The notes beneath the pieces were generated by a model, which was not told the DNA's origin, did not search any database, and worked only from the letters and a program-made list of their open reading frames with translations. A program made the translations under genes and the position numbers. Shown here one piece after another: positions 10,961 through 22,742 of a stretch of 64,000 nucleotides of DNA. Source of the stretch: Tubulanus polymorphus. Taxonomy: Eukaryota > Animalia > Nemertea. Where the stretch lies: assembly GCF_964204645.1 (NCBI RefSeq), contig NC_134028.1, positions 17,801,653-17,865,652 of the forward strand. Reading direction: 5' to 3'. Numbering within the stretch: the stretch's first letter is position 1; each line of letters opens with the position of its first letter.

Positions 10961-12472
10961 AATGTTTTGTCGCGTTATTTTAGTTTTGTGGTTTTGTCAT
11001 AATGTCGCCCTCATTTGCATATACGTGTTTTTTTTACGCATGGCCCTTATCAGCCACCATACTAAAGCCTTAAGGTCTCGTAAATCTCGATAAACACTTC
11101 AAGCGACACAGCGAACGATCTCCTTTCCCCTACAGCGAACGCTTAACCTAGTAGAGGCTACTAGCCTATGTAGGCCTGTGAATATGCGTAGGCCTAACAT
11201 CCGGACAGATTGGTCGTAGGCCTATTGAATTTAACAACCCACCTAAATATCGTAAATTTTGTTTTGAAGTTCAATCCAATGAGTCCGTTAATAAACGCAA
11301 CAATTGTACTGTGTTTGTTTGATACAGTAAAGCTCAGTACCGGTAGGCCTAAAGCAGCGTCAAACTCGATAAACACTTCAAGCGACACAGCGAACGATCC
11401 CTTTCCCCCACAGCGAACGCTTACTCCGAATGTCAAGCATACGGATAGGAGTGTGTTATATACTTGTATTTAGTAAATAACTTGTGCATTTGACAATGAT
11501 CGGTATGTACTGTAGGAAATATAGAGTATTGATGGTATTGATATAGAGGTTGAAGCCCGCGGCCGAATAAAGTAATATATTCTTTTATTTTGATACCTCG
11601 TCGACATAACAGCTTTTCTCCGCTATATCTCTTCGGCGTGTTTAGTTTAGGCCTACGATTCCCCGGTACACTAAAGATTTATCTTAGTAAATACACGGTT
11701 AATTCGGTGAAGAAAAATAGGTATTGTTATACTAACTCCTTGAAACCCGCAGCCAAATCACTGGTAGTAATAAATTAATTTGTACTCGATTTGATTCTCA
11801 TGATGAGGAGAAACTCGCAGCTGATCCCCGGAACGACGATGTAGTAACACACGTCGATTCGTCGATGTTTACGGCTCGACAGTGCTTTTAAAATCTAAAG
11901 TAGTAAATTTCCAGTATATCGGTAGTATGATTTGATGAGGAAAATGGGCTATTGTTAAAATCACTGTTTGAAGACCGCGACTGAATTTGAAGTCTGCGGC
12001 AATAAATTAGTTCATTTATACTTGAATTGATAATCGAAGTGACAGTCGGCCTGCGGGTTGATTTCGGGATGACGACTCGAAAAACATGTCGCCCCATTGA
12101 ATGGGGCTAAATTTTCGATGTTTACGGCCCGACAGCGCTTTTGTAACGATGATTCGTGAAAAAACACGCGGGCTATTTGTAGATCTCAGTGAGTTGAACG
12201 ATATTATATGGATTGTATATGAAACAGTGGTAAGGTAACAAAGCCTATGTTCTTTTGGTAAAAATAGTGTGGAAGAAAATAATGATAATAATAATCAGGC
12301 GGATATCAATAGGGTTTTCTGTGAAATAACAGAAAACCCTGAATATTATCTGCAAAGCATCTACAAAGATTTCATCGAAATAATACTTATCCGTCAATAT
12401 TTAGTTATCTTGAGGTTACGAAAGCTTATTGAAAATTTCATGGACATCCTAAAATCAGGTTCTCTATCTAAA

Positions 12473-13400
12473 AACTAAGGGTCCAGGGACGCCATGCCCA
12501 CTAGGGGAGTGGTTTCAATAATCTAACAATTTCAATATTCAACGCCCCCTGGTGACTATATACAAAAACCAATAACCTTAAAACTCACCACAATCATAGA
12601 ACATGTCACTAGCTACAATTTTGTTATTGATTGTGGTAACAAAATATGCATAGGTACAAATATAATATAGAAATACTAAGTTATTGTATTATTCAACGCT
12701 CCCTGGTGGCCATATACAATAACAAATGACCTTGAAACTCACCACAATCATAGAACATGTCATGCGCTACAACTTTGCAATTGATCATGGTAATAAAATA
12801 TGCCTATTTACCAATAAAATAAGAAAATACTAAGTTATTCTACTACTCAACGCTCCCTGGTGACCATATAGAATAACTAATTTCCTTAAAACTCACCACA
12901 ATCATAATCGATGTCATAGGCTACAACTTTGCAATTGATCGTGGTAACAAAATATGCATAGGTACAAATATAATATAGAAATACTAAGTTATTGTATTAT
13001 TCAACACTCCTTGGTGGCCATATACAATAACCAATGACCTTGAAACTCACAAAAATCATAGAACATGTTATGGACTACAATTTTCTAATTGATTGTGGTA
13101 ACAAAATATGCTTAGGTATCAATATAATGTGGAAAAACTTTGTCCCACCTACGAATGAGTACTGATGACACCAAGATGGCCGCCAATTGCGCCATAATTG
13201 GCTGATCAAAAATAACTGTCGCAGGTATGAAACATCCCTTTCCAAAGAATACCCATCACATATTGCAATAAGAATTGACAAACAAGTAGGAAGCAACAGG
13301 ACTCAGAATTTGGGCCAAAATTGAGATTTTTGGGCACTAAGAAGGTCATAGGACGGCCATCTTGAGTTCAATCAACCCAATTTTTCTTAAGCTGATGGCC
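12473..13400 (-). mobile_element. Family A copy, truncated, four ~154-bp units
   Basis: Colinear with 7909-8850. Confidence 0.85.
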
Positions 13401-13404
13401 CCTT

Positions 13405-13939
13405 CTGGGATGAAGGTGCAGAGTGAAAACTTTTTTCTTGGATTCATTGAACTAAATTTTATTTTTTATAAAAACGGTCGACCCACTGCCGATGTATGAG
13501 CTACATATGTTTGAAGTGTGAAAACATGCCTTGACGTGTTGCCTAGTTTAAGTTTTTCAGGAAACTGGCAGTGTTCCAATAAGCTGCCACTCATTCTTAG
13601 TGACTACATTTAAGCTACGAGCAATTATCTAACTTAGATAATTGCTCGTAGATTTAAGCTGGTAACGAAGCGCGTATATATTCAATGTACCATTTCATTT
13701 TGAACACAGAGATGAAGCTCTGGACTAAGTTATAATTTTAGAATTATTCTTGAAATCCAGGTTAAACACAAATTTCCCGTGCACAACGCAAATTTGTGAT
13801 ATTGTTTCCATGTAAGAAAAGGTGATAAATTGGTTTTTTGGCCAAAGATTTTGCCAAAAACAATTTCTACCTACCTACCGACTCATCCTGAAAACTTGAG
13901 TCGGAGTTACGGCAAACAGACAATTATTTTGGGATGGCC
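13405..13939. mobile_element. Truncated PIF/Harbinger-like MITE
   Basis: Ends ...attattttgggatggcc|taa; homologous in inverted orientation to 51083-51481. Confidence 0.6.
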
Positions 13940-16524
13940 TAAAGCGTATTTCACCTCGAAAGTGCATGCGCCAGCAAGCAGCGTTACAGTATCACTAGCT
14001 CTATTGTAAAATATACTGTACAAGTAAGTGAATGTTCTCTTACACTTCAATGACAATCAAAACAATCCCCGGGGACTAAAATGAAACAATTTTTCGTAGA
14101 ATTTTAACAAAGTTGACCATGTCATCGATGGAAGTTTGCCATGTCTTCAATCGCATCAATTATACGTCGTTAAGGCCGAGAACCAATAAAACACATGCTC
14201 AAATAAAAAAAATGTACCGCAATTTTACATGAATTGGCCCAATGCCAACTTCATATCGCTGACGAAGGTAAACCAATAATAATTGCCCATGGGCCCAGAG
14301 ATTTACCACAGCCTTATGAAATGCAGAGATGAAATGATTTGACGAAGTTTCAAAACATGTCAGTAAACGTAATATAGGGATGCAATTTGAAATGTACGAG
14401 TAGATTCGACCCACAACTACACAGGCGATGCACGGAAAGAATTGCAGAGCTGCGATACCGCACCAGCCTCTTTTCCTATAAATTCACAACTATCTAAGAC
14501 CGATTTCATCGCAACATCGCATTTAAAGGCATCCGCAGCCACAGCTGCAGCCGCAAGGGAAATCAGGGCGTCATGGCGAAATGCAGGCATAATACCTATT
14601 CTCCCCTCACGATGCCCATGAGGTGGGAAGGCTACGGAGAAGCCGTAACGTTTCGAACAATGACGATAGTTATATCCTAAACAATACTAGTTCACCTGTT
14701 TGGTGTTTTCTATATGCAAATAACTATTGCGTAAAATCCATCAAGCACGTTTTATTCACCAAAACAAGCACTGGTGCACTAAAAATCTATTTAAGAATGC
14801 AAAATATTTTAATTGATTATATTTTGAAATCAATATTTAAATAATATTTCTATTCATACAATATAGATATAGGATACAAGTTTGGCAAAGAAAATGTGTT
14901 TCCAAACAGAGGGGACTCCGTGGCAAGTACGCGTAGCTCTGATTGGTTGTTACAATGAATAAGGAACCCCGTTAATGAGGAAGCTCCGTCAAAACGTCAT
15001 TAATGTAGGTACACTGATATGGCTAGACGCCGACTGATGCTACGCAATACGTCTGCAGTAAATGAATAAACGCATGCCACACTGTCATACAACTTGGCGA
15101 TAATTTCTGTCTAACTGTAAAAATTAAAGGCTTTCAAGGACATTGTCTGCCAACCTAATAGTATATTATATAATATCAATCATGTACTAATATCAATCAT
15201 GTACTAATGTAACAACCAAATGAAAATAAATACTACTATACTATACTATACTAACTTTTCAAATTTAAAGACTCCCACTGACTTTCCCAGCACAAAACAA
15301 GGAATTAAGACCCCTACCGTACCGACCCTTGGTGCAAGGTGCCAGTTTATGCCAAGTGATTAAGTCATCCGCATATCAATTCACCTTGTAAAATAAATTT
15401 ATCCGAACAAATTATTGATGAAATATTATTCAAAAATCTTTTTAATATTATTGTGATCAACTTCTATCACCCTTTAACCCAATATAATATGAAATAATCT
15501 TAAATACAAAGTTGCCGGATCTATTTTTGCAGCTTATACCATTTATCGGATCTTTCGCTAATTCAATGACTGTAAAAATGGTGTGCTTTGGTTTGTGGTA
15601 AACATACACGATATGATGCCGACACGCTCGTAATAGCTTGTTCCTCGAGAGCTGATGAGCTATTTGGTATCGTGATAAACTTGGATTTTCCCTTGAATTT
15701 CCTTGAGTAATTGACAGTACTCAGAAATTCAACCAAACTTACTTGGATTTGTAGTGAGCGCTCGGATCTGTCATGTTTACTCCAAATACTCAAAAAATTT
15801 AAACAGTAGGATGTTGATTTCTGTATGGTATTTCAAGGACTTAGGTGTCCAGGAAGAAAGACACTCTAAATATTTGGATGGATATATGAAAGCTGTGGGT
15901 ACTGGAGTGTTTAATGGGTAGTGTAGTGTGATCAGTGTGCATTTGTGGCCAGCACACAGATCACATTGTTCAATGGGGTTTGGTCCAGGGCTCGCGAGAT
16001 TTTCAACAACACGGAAGTAACGTGTAACAAATGATGACTTGAATTGCATGACTACCTACCACCCCTCATTATTGTTGGAAAACTAAACGTTTGGCACTGA
16101 CTAAAAATTAGTAATAACATTTTAGAAATGGCCAGAATTTTAACTTAGGTTCTATCTCATTTTTATTTTACAATTGCGATTGGTATAATTTTTTTTTAAA
16201 CGGCTGTTAAGGCTTCATGTTTCGTCTACAATTCACTGCAAATAGTTACGCAACTACGCACATTTCAGTGTTTTTGGCAGCTGTACACTCAATCGGCACC
16301 GTTCGTGACTAGCTTCACTGCGGAATTATCATTAATTAACATCGCAATATCACATCATCAACTTATATTGTGCCTTAAAACCCTAACAGCCGAAATAATT
16401 GAAATGCACACACGATTTCTATCATTGAAAATTGAGAGAGTGGCCATGTTTGTGTTTGCTGCTTCGCATAAATCCCGCGCCGTGGCGCAACCATGCGGTG
16501 TGGGGCCGATACGTCTAGTTTATC

Positions 16525-18134
16525 CAGGGATCCCAACAGTAGTTTCCAAAAAGATTGGAAATCAATTTGACCTCATTCTGTGCCGTAGGCGCACAAAGCT
16601 ACGCTTCGCACCGGTGCGAAGCCATTACGGGGGGTTTGGGGTTTTTGAAATTTGAGACAATTTCTGGGCATCTGGGAAATTATCGGGACCGGAATCTTGC
16701 AAAAATTAGTATCAGTTTAATGTGGAAGCCATGTTTGATTTATAGAAAATGTATCGAAGATTCTGATTGGTGGTTGAAATCTTCAAACAAACAATTGAAA
16801 GCAGGTTCGAATCCTTGAAGCAGCAGCTATTTTCTCGACAGAGAGATTTTTCAATAATTATAATTAATTTTATTCAAATATTAAAAAATACATTTACGGG
16901 CAGTGGACATTTTGAATCCGTTGGTATTGATTAATTGAATAGTTTTTATTGACGACATGTATGCATCACACACGCATCAGTCTGGTCATCACTGTAGTGC
17001 ACGAAGTAATGTATAGACACTGCTCACTAGTGTGCAGCGCGTATATGAATTCTATCGTTTAAAGGCGGAGGAGTATGGATGCTAGTTAACCGGGTGGCAA
17101 ACACTTGAGATCGGCCGTCCCACTAACTACAGTAACTTGTTTATAATGTTTAGAGTGAGCGAGGATGGCTCACGCCATTAACTGCAGGTCACACAGTTAA
17201 ATTTGACATACTCATAAAAGTTTTCGTATCAAGTTCTAAACTAATTTAAACCAATCTAGTCATAGTGGGAATGAAAATCTGATGCTAGTTATAACTTTTT
17301 GTAGAGATAGGGCCAAGATTAAAGATTTTAGAGAAATTTCAAATTTTTTGAAAATCATTAATTTTCATCCGATTTCGATGAAATTTGGACACAACATTGA
17401 TAGTAGATAGCTAAACAAGTGTACGAAATTTCAGACTGATCGATTGACCATAGAAAAAGTTTTGACGTTGACAAATTTTGGTACTATGAATGAGGCTATG
17501 TTTTGTTTATGTATACTGATGACTATAGGTATCATATTACTGTTACTGTGCTCTGTGAGCTACACTAATTCACTGGATAACTCCTCCCTCTATGTCATTC
17601 AAAGATTCAAATTTTGAAGGAAATGCTAACTGAAAAGCTTTATTTCTCGAAGAGGAGGGCCTAAAACACATTTTTGACTGCAGAAATGAATATATTACAC
17701 ATTAATACATATGTCTGACAAAAAGGAGGATCCAAATCGGATAACTGACAGAGAAAATAGGAGAATTCCAGTTTCAACCGTTGGAGCTCTCCACTGCACT
17801 ATGGCTTCATGGGTACTACCATCTTTGACATTGATTGGGCTTTTATACTGCCCCTCGGCCTTTAAACCACATCGTTCCACTATTTTCTTATTCATATCGT
17901 GTCAGCACGTGGCTGCCTACAATACTGTACCTCACAGTACGTGGTACTGTATCGATTTTCTAGATGTACACTCAGGCTAGCCACGGCAAGTCGACGGAAC
18001 TCACCACAAGTGTCATAACCGATCATAACCCCCTACCCCCTTTATTTCAACATCCAATCTTTATGGATCTCAAAGACCATAAAAACATTTAAAAAGTCGG
18101 AATTCCAATTGAAGTCGGAAGATTGGGATCCCTG
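16525..18134. mobile_element. Possible hAT-like non-autonomous element
   Basis: Perfect 12-bp TIR CAGGGATCCCAA...TTGGGATCCCTG; flanking 8-mers do not match, so no TSD. Confidence 0.4.
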
Positions 18135-18727
18135 TTAGCATAAGCTATAACTGTTTTTGTGCATCATACGAAAAAAGTGGCAGGGCGGAATCTGTTGGCT
18201 TGAGGAGTAATAGGCAGGGCAGGTGGCTTGAGTGCTAATGGATTCAATTCACTCCATTTGGCAAACTTCCAAATGATTCGAACTAATCTATGCATCAGTA
18301 AATAACCAATGAAGCTAATTACTATATCCTTTGTGTTCTGGCACACGCATACTAAAAACGCCTGCTACTAACCGGTGAGCATGAAAATTCGAAATATTTC
18401 TAGAAATAATCAATTAGCCATAGACATACAACAGAGACAACAAGCAGGCTTGACATGTTTAATGTTTTCTGCACTATTTTAACGATTCAACATACCAGTT
18501 GTTGAAAAGTCTGTGCAACACATTGACTTAACACATAGTCATGCTTGCTTAACTGATCATTCGACTAATATAAGTACACAGTGTGCTTGATAACGGCAAT
18601 AACAATAGAAATACAATATTAATTAAACATTTCAGTTCATTTTAATTTTCAATTCCTGTTTCTGCAAATTTGGATTTAACAATTTGATATTTCAAATAGT
18701 AGATATACATTTGGATGTTCCACCTAC

Positions 18728-18939
18728 CAGGTACAATCCTGCGTCCATCTGCTAGGTGCATCTCTCCTGATTCCACTAATGTCTTCAGTATACAGGTAAC
18801 ATTAGTAGGTGCTTTATCTGCCTCATCAATCACTAGAATATTTCCATATTTCACAGCTTTAACTAACGGTGAATCCTCATACAGAATGACTCCATCTCTT
18901 ACTGTAGGCTGAATAGTCATACTCTGTACAGTAGTATCC
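18728..18939 (-). CDS. VWA8: VWA8 exon with Walker B (DTTVQSMTIQP...LVIDEADKAP...LADGRRIVP)
   Basis: tgtag/gtag sites; phase 2 in, 1 out. Confidence 0.95.
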
Positions 18940-19000
18940 CTACAATAATCAGTAACATTCTAAAATCCTTAACCCTGTCACGGCATAAGGATGCAGACAA

Positions 19001-19280
19001 GGGATCTGTTGTTCTAAGTTGGTTAAGTTAAACCATTGGTTAAGTTAAACCATTGGTTAAGTTAAACCATTGGATAAGTAACGAGAGTTTTCATTGTCAT
19101 TACGTCAGTTATCCACTGGTAAATTTTAACCAGCTTTTATTGTTGCTATGTCACTTATCTGCGGGTTAACCTGAGGCTAGTTTCTCCAAAGTTGGTTAAG
19201 GTAAACTGGTAGATAAATACCATAGTGACAATTGAATTCCACCCATTAACTTTAACCAACCATTGAGCAACCACACCCCC
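19001..19280. mobile_element. Small MITE with internal 17-bp tandem repeat (ttggttaagttaaacca x3)
   Basis: Imperfect TIR gggatctgttgttctaagttggttaa / ttaaccaaccattgagcaaccacacccc. Confidence 0.5.
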
Positions 19281-19290
19281 TGATATTTAC

Positions 19291-19439
19291 CTATGTAGCT
19301 GCAAATATTCGCGAGGACGGTTTAATAAATGCAGAAATCTATCAACAATTTTATTTTTGCCGACACCCTGATTACCGACCAGCAGTAAATGTTCTCCTAA
19401 CACGAAATCTTTTAACATATCCTCCATTACTTTCAGATG
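19291..19439 (-). CDS. VWA8: VWA8 exon with Walker A (HLKVMEDMLKDFVLGEHLLLVGNQGVGKNKIVDRFL...)
   Basis: tttag/gtaaa sites; phase 0 in, 2 out; GNQGVGKN. Confidence 0.95.
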
Positions 19440-19517
19440 CTAAAAAGAAAATTATCACATACTCAGTATCCCATGTAGCTATGTATCTTGTGTATCTATG
19501 GATATTGTGCAGTTTAC

Positions 19518-19624
19518 CTGATCATTTTCAAAGAATAAAACATCGGGAACTTGAATTTTGTTTTCTGGTTGATAAATCTCAACTGAAGTTTGTCCAATCG
19601 TTAGAATGCCACCTTTGATTTTAC
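19518..19624 (-). CDS. VWA8: VWA8 exon (KIKGGILTIGQT...VPDVLFFENDQ)
   Basis: ctacag/gtaaac sites; phase 1 in, 0 out. Confidence 0.92.
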
Positions 19625-19693
19625 CTGTAGATATGACAGTTATTTTAGTCGGGGCTCTTGATTGGTGGAATAAGAAGGAGCATTGATACTCAC

Positions 19694-19803
19694 ATGTTAT
19701 AGGCTCATCATTGGTCATCGTTTGTTGTTTATGATCATCGCGGAAAATTCCAGATTTCTCTAACATTTGATCCAAAGTGTCACGAGCAAGATGAGGTAGA
19801 AAC
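19694..19803 (-). CDS. VWA8: VWA8 exon (FLPHLARDTLDQMLEKSGI...)
   Basis: tttag/gtgag sites; phase 2 in, 1 out. Confidence 0.92.
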
Positions 19804-20206
19804 CTAAAGACAACAATATACACATGTACGTACGTATATGAGTGAAATACGGGAATGAGAATAAATATCTGAGAATGCAAGAGTTTCAGGATCTTAATTG
19901 ACCTGTTAGCAGAGTGCAGTCTCAATATCCATCTGATATAGGATGTGATCTCAATTAAAGAATTCAATAAAGATTTTTGGACAATTAAAGTTAACCTATC
20001 CAGTAGTTAACTATCCACCAGGAGCCAGTTCCGTAATCATGGGTAAAATCTGAGTCTACATCAACTAATTAGAACTGAACTTAATTCAATCGCGTGAATT
20101 ACCAAAATCTATTTACTGTGAAATTGGGCCTAATTTTTTCCTAGATTTAGGTCAGGTATGAAACTGTGGAAGGCTGATGATTGATATCAGTTGTATGTAC
20201 ATGTAC

Positions 20207-20322
20207 CTGTAGAGACAAGCTTTGTGAACTGCTTCATACAAACTCTCAGTTGGATTTGTGGCTAATCTACGCGTAATTCGTATCAATTGCCTCGTTGATA
20301 AAGATGAGGCTAAAGACTGCAT
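20207..20322 (-). CDS. VWA8: VWA8 exon (MQSLASSLSTRQLIRITRRL...HKACLY)
   Basis: tttag/gtac sites; phase 0 in, 2 out; SLSTRQL motif. Confidence 0.93.
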
Positions 20323-20519
20323 CTAAAAATAGACATCAACAGGTCTTGTTAAAGCCTGAAACTCTGGCTGTGTCTGGTTCCTGTCTGGAGCTGAGCTGCT
20401 GATGGTTGCAGTCTGAAGCCCAGAAGTTCTGGGTGCAGTCTAAAGCCAAGCTGCTGTTGTTTAGACATGTTTAATGCTGGGAAGACATTTAGAGGTTCTA
20501 ATAATATCTTTGTACTCAC

Positions 20520-20763
20520 AGTTGCATCATTGGATTTCCTCAATAAATGAGCTAAATTCAACAATGGTTTCATCTGTAGGTCACCATTCATAACAATTTG
20601 ATCAAGGACCCTAGTTTCTTCATTGATTGAAAGAGGGCGCATTTGATGATAAAGGAACATGGTCAACTGGTCCGACCCAAGCCACTGATGAAGGGAACTA
20701 CTGCTTCTTGGCGGTTCCGATAAACCAATTATACGAAATGAACGATGAATTGGGAAACAATTT
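20520..20763 (-). CDS. VWA8: VWA8 exon (NCFPIHRSFRIIGLSEPP...LRKSNDAT)
   Basis: ttcag/gtgag sites; phase 2 in, 0 out. Confidence 0.93.
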
Positions 20764-20857
20764 CTGAAAAATAAACAACATCTCACATTTCCACTAGAGC
20801 TATAGCAATGACATAAAGCATATGAAGATCTTTAGAAAACAAGATACGGATAGTTAA

Positions 20858-21800
20858 AGGACTACTGAACAATTTTGTTAATTTCCTTGAATCAATAAAT
20901 TATGATGTAATAAATGATAATCTAATGACCTTAGGTATATTTGTTTTCATTTCGAATACTTTTAAGAGGTTTTTTCTTTCTACGGCAAACCAAAATATAC
21001 ATAGTTGCTCATACATAGTTGCAATGCTCAGCAATCTGTGGTGACGTCAGCGCGAGATGTTGACAACCCAGAAGTATTATCAGCCTCGTTCAGATAGCGA
21101 TAACAACAGGAGATTAAGTGATTATAAAAAAGATTTTAAAACGATTTTAAACTATGCCACGGCGTTGTGTGTACTACAATTGTAGTACACAAGATTCCTT
21201 GTTATTCAAATGGCCGGTTGATCCAAATATTTCTGGACTGCTTTTGTGAGTACAAAGCGAGCACAATGGAAGCCTTCTTCATCAAGTGTGCTCTGTAGAA
21301 AACATTCACAACAGAGGCCTTTGACAATTATAAGGAGTACAATGCTGGTTTTGCTAATAGGTTTGGACTATTACCTGATTAACCGATACCTTGATTCTAC
21401 AGCTTTTGAAACAAATCATACTCAATTCAATTTTGAGTGACCTGAACCTAAGCATGTTATGTATAATTAGTTTAGAAAACAACTGACTATTATGATGCAT
21501 TTTTCACTTCAATTTTCGATTAAAGAAAGATTTTGTACCAACTTTGCATCTCAATGATTCTGTTTTGTGGAATTCTGTTGACTCGCCTCAGAAAGCTGAT
21601 TTTTCGAGTCTGAAGATGCAGAAAGGACGTTCAGCTTTTGAAAAAAGATGGAGGCTAGCAATGGTCAATGATGCGACTCAGCCAAGTGTAGCTGAACCAG
21701 AGCCGCAAAGTGTTGACTTTAGAATTGATGGCGATGGCGATCTCGGTAAAATGTGGGAGACTGTAGCTGTTCAAACTGAACCTAACACATCTAGTAAAGG
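20858..21800 (+). mobile_element. Kolobok-like left end with decayed, spliced THAP-domain gene (exons ~21154-21360 and ~21519-21799)
   Basis: TTAA|AGG terminus; MPRRCVYYNC...FKWP...W...LCRKH...LKKDFVPTL THAP signature; frameshifts; damaged acceptor. Confidence 0.7.
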
Positions 21801-22368
21801 TAATTACATCCATTTGAAATCCGGAATAAAATAGTTGCCTACCACCTTTTAATTTCATATTTCATTTGTTGATTATAGAAATTGAATTAAATTTAATCAG
21901 TATCATTTAGAAATATACTTTTAATTTCATATTTCATTTGTTGATTAACCCTTTCAGTGCTGGGTATTTTCCCCCTAAAGTGCTGAGCATAAATTGGGCT
22001 ATTTTGGGTCTTTTTAAATATGCCCTAATAAAATACTTAAGAATAGCCTAATCCAAAAACTGTTGATGTATCCTACTAGGGGACATGAAGGGCTAAGTTG
22101 CAATGGCGAAAAAAGCTGCGGTTGCTATGGCAACGAGATGTCACATGACCTGGCGGCCATCTTGAATTCAAAAATTGGACCATTTCTGTTCAGAAAACTA
22201 ACCCTAGCTACTCAAATCTTCAGAATATGAGTCTTTTGAGGATGGATGTATATACTGCCACATAAATTCTATAGTTTCATCAATTTTCAAAAGATTTCAA
22301 CATAATTTGAAGTTTTAATGATGATTTTAGTAAAACTTGGCGCTTTTCCAGGAATTTCAAAAATCTAG

Positions 22369-22473
<105 letters not shown>

Positions 22474-22742
22474 CCCTGGTGGTAGTCTGTAACACTACAA
22501 CAAAAAATAATTGACGCAATAAAACCTTGATTTTCGCTTACGAAACAGTATAATTGTATAACATAAAAAAAGTGAAGTTATCAAACACAACAAAAACAAA
22601 TTCAAACTCTTTAGAACAAATAACTGTACTCATGTATAACAAATAACTGCGTATAAACTCATTTAGAACCAATAAATGCATATAAAGTCATGTAAAATTG
22701 CGATATCTAGTTTTTCTTTTAGTTGGTTGGTAGCCGGTTCAT

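Larger units (their letters stand above)
7226..12340 (-). mobile_element. Family B copy 2, head-to-tail with copy 1
   Basis: Junction cagaaaaccct-aataa-atatagctgcaaagcagc; 10965-12340 is nearly identical to 5840-7225 (duplicated ORFs in the track). Confidence 0.8.

Noticed and set aside
15563-16049. Short minus-strand ORFs (76 and 90 aa)
   Set aside because: No recognisable domain, and the VWA8 frame is complete without them
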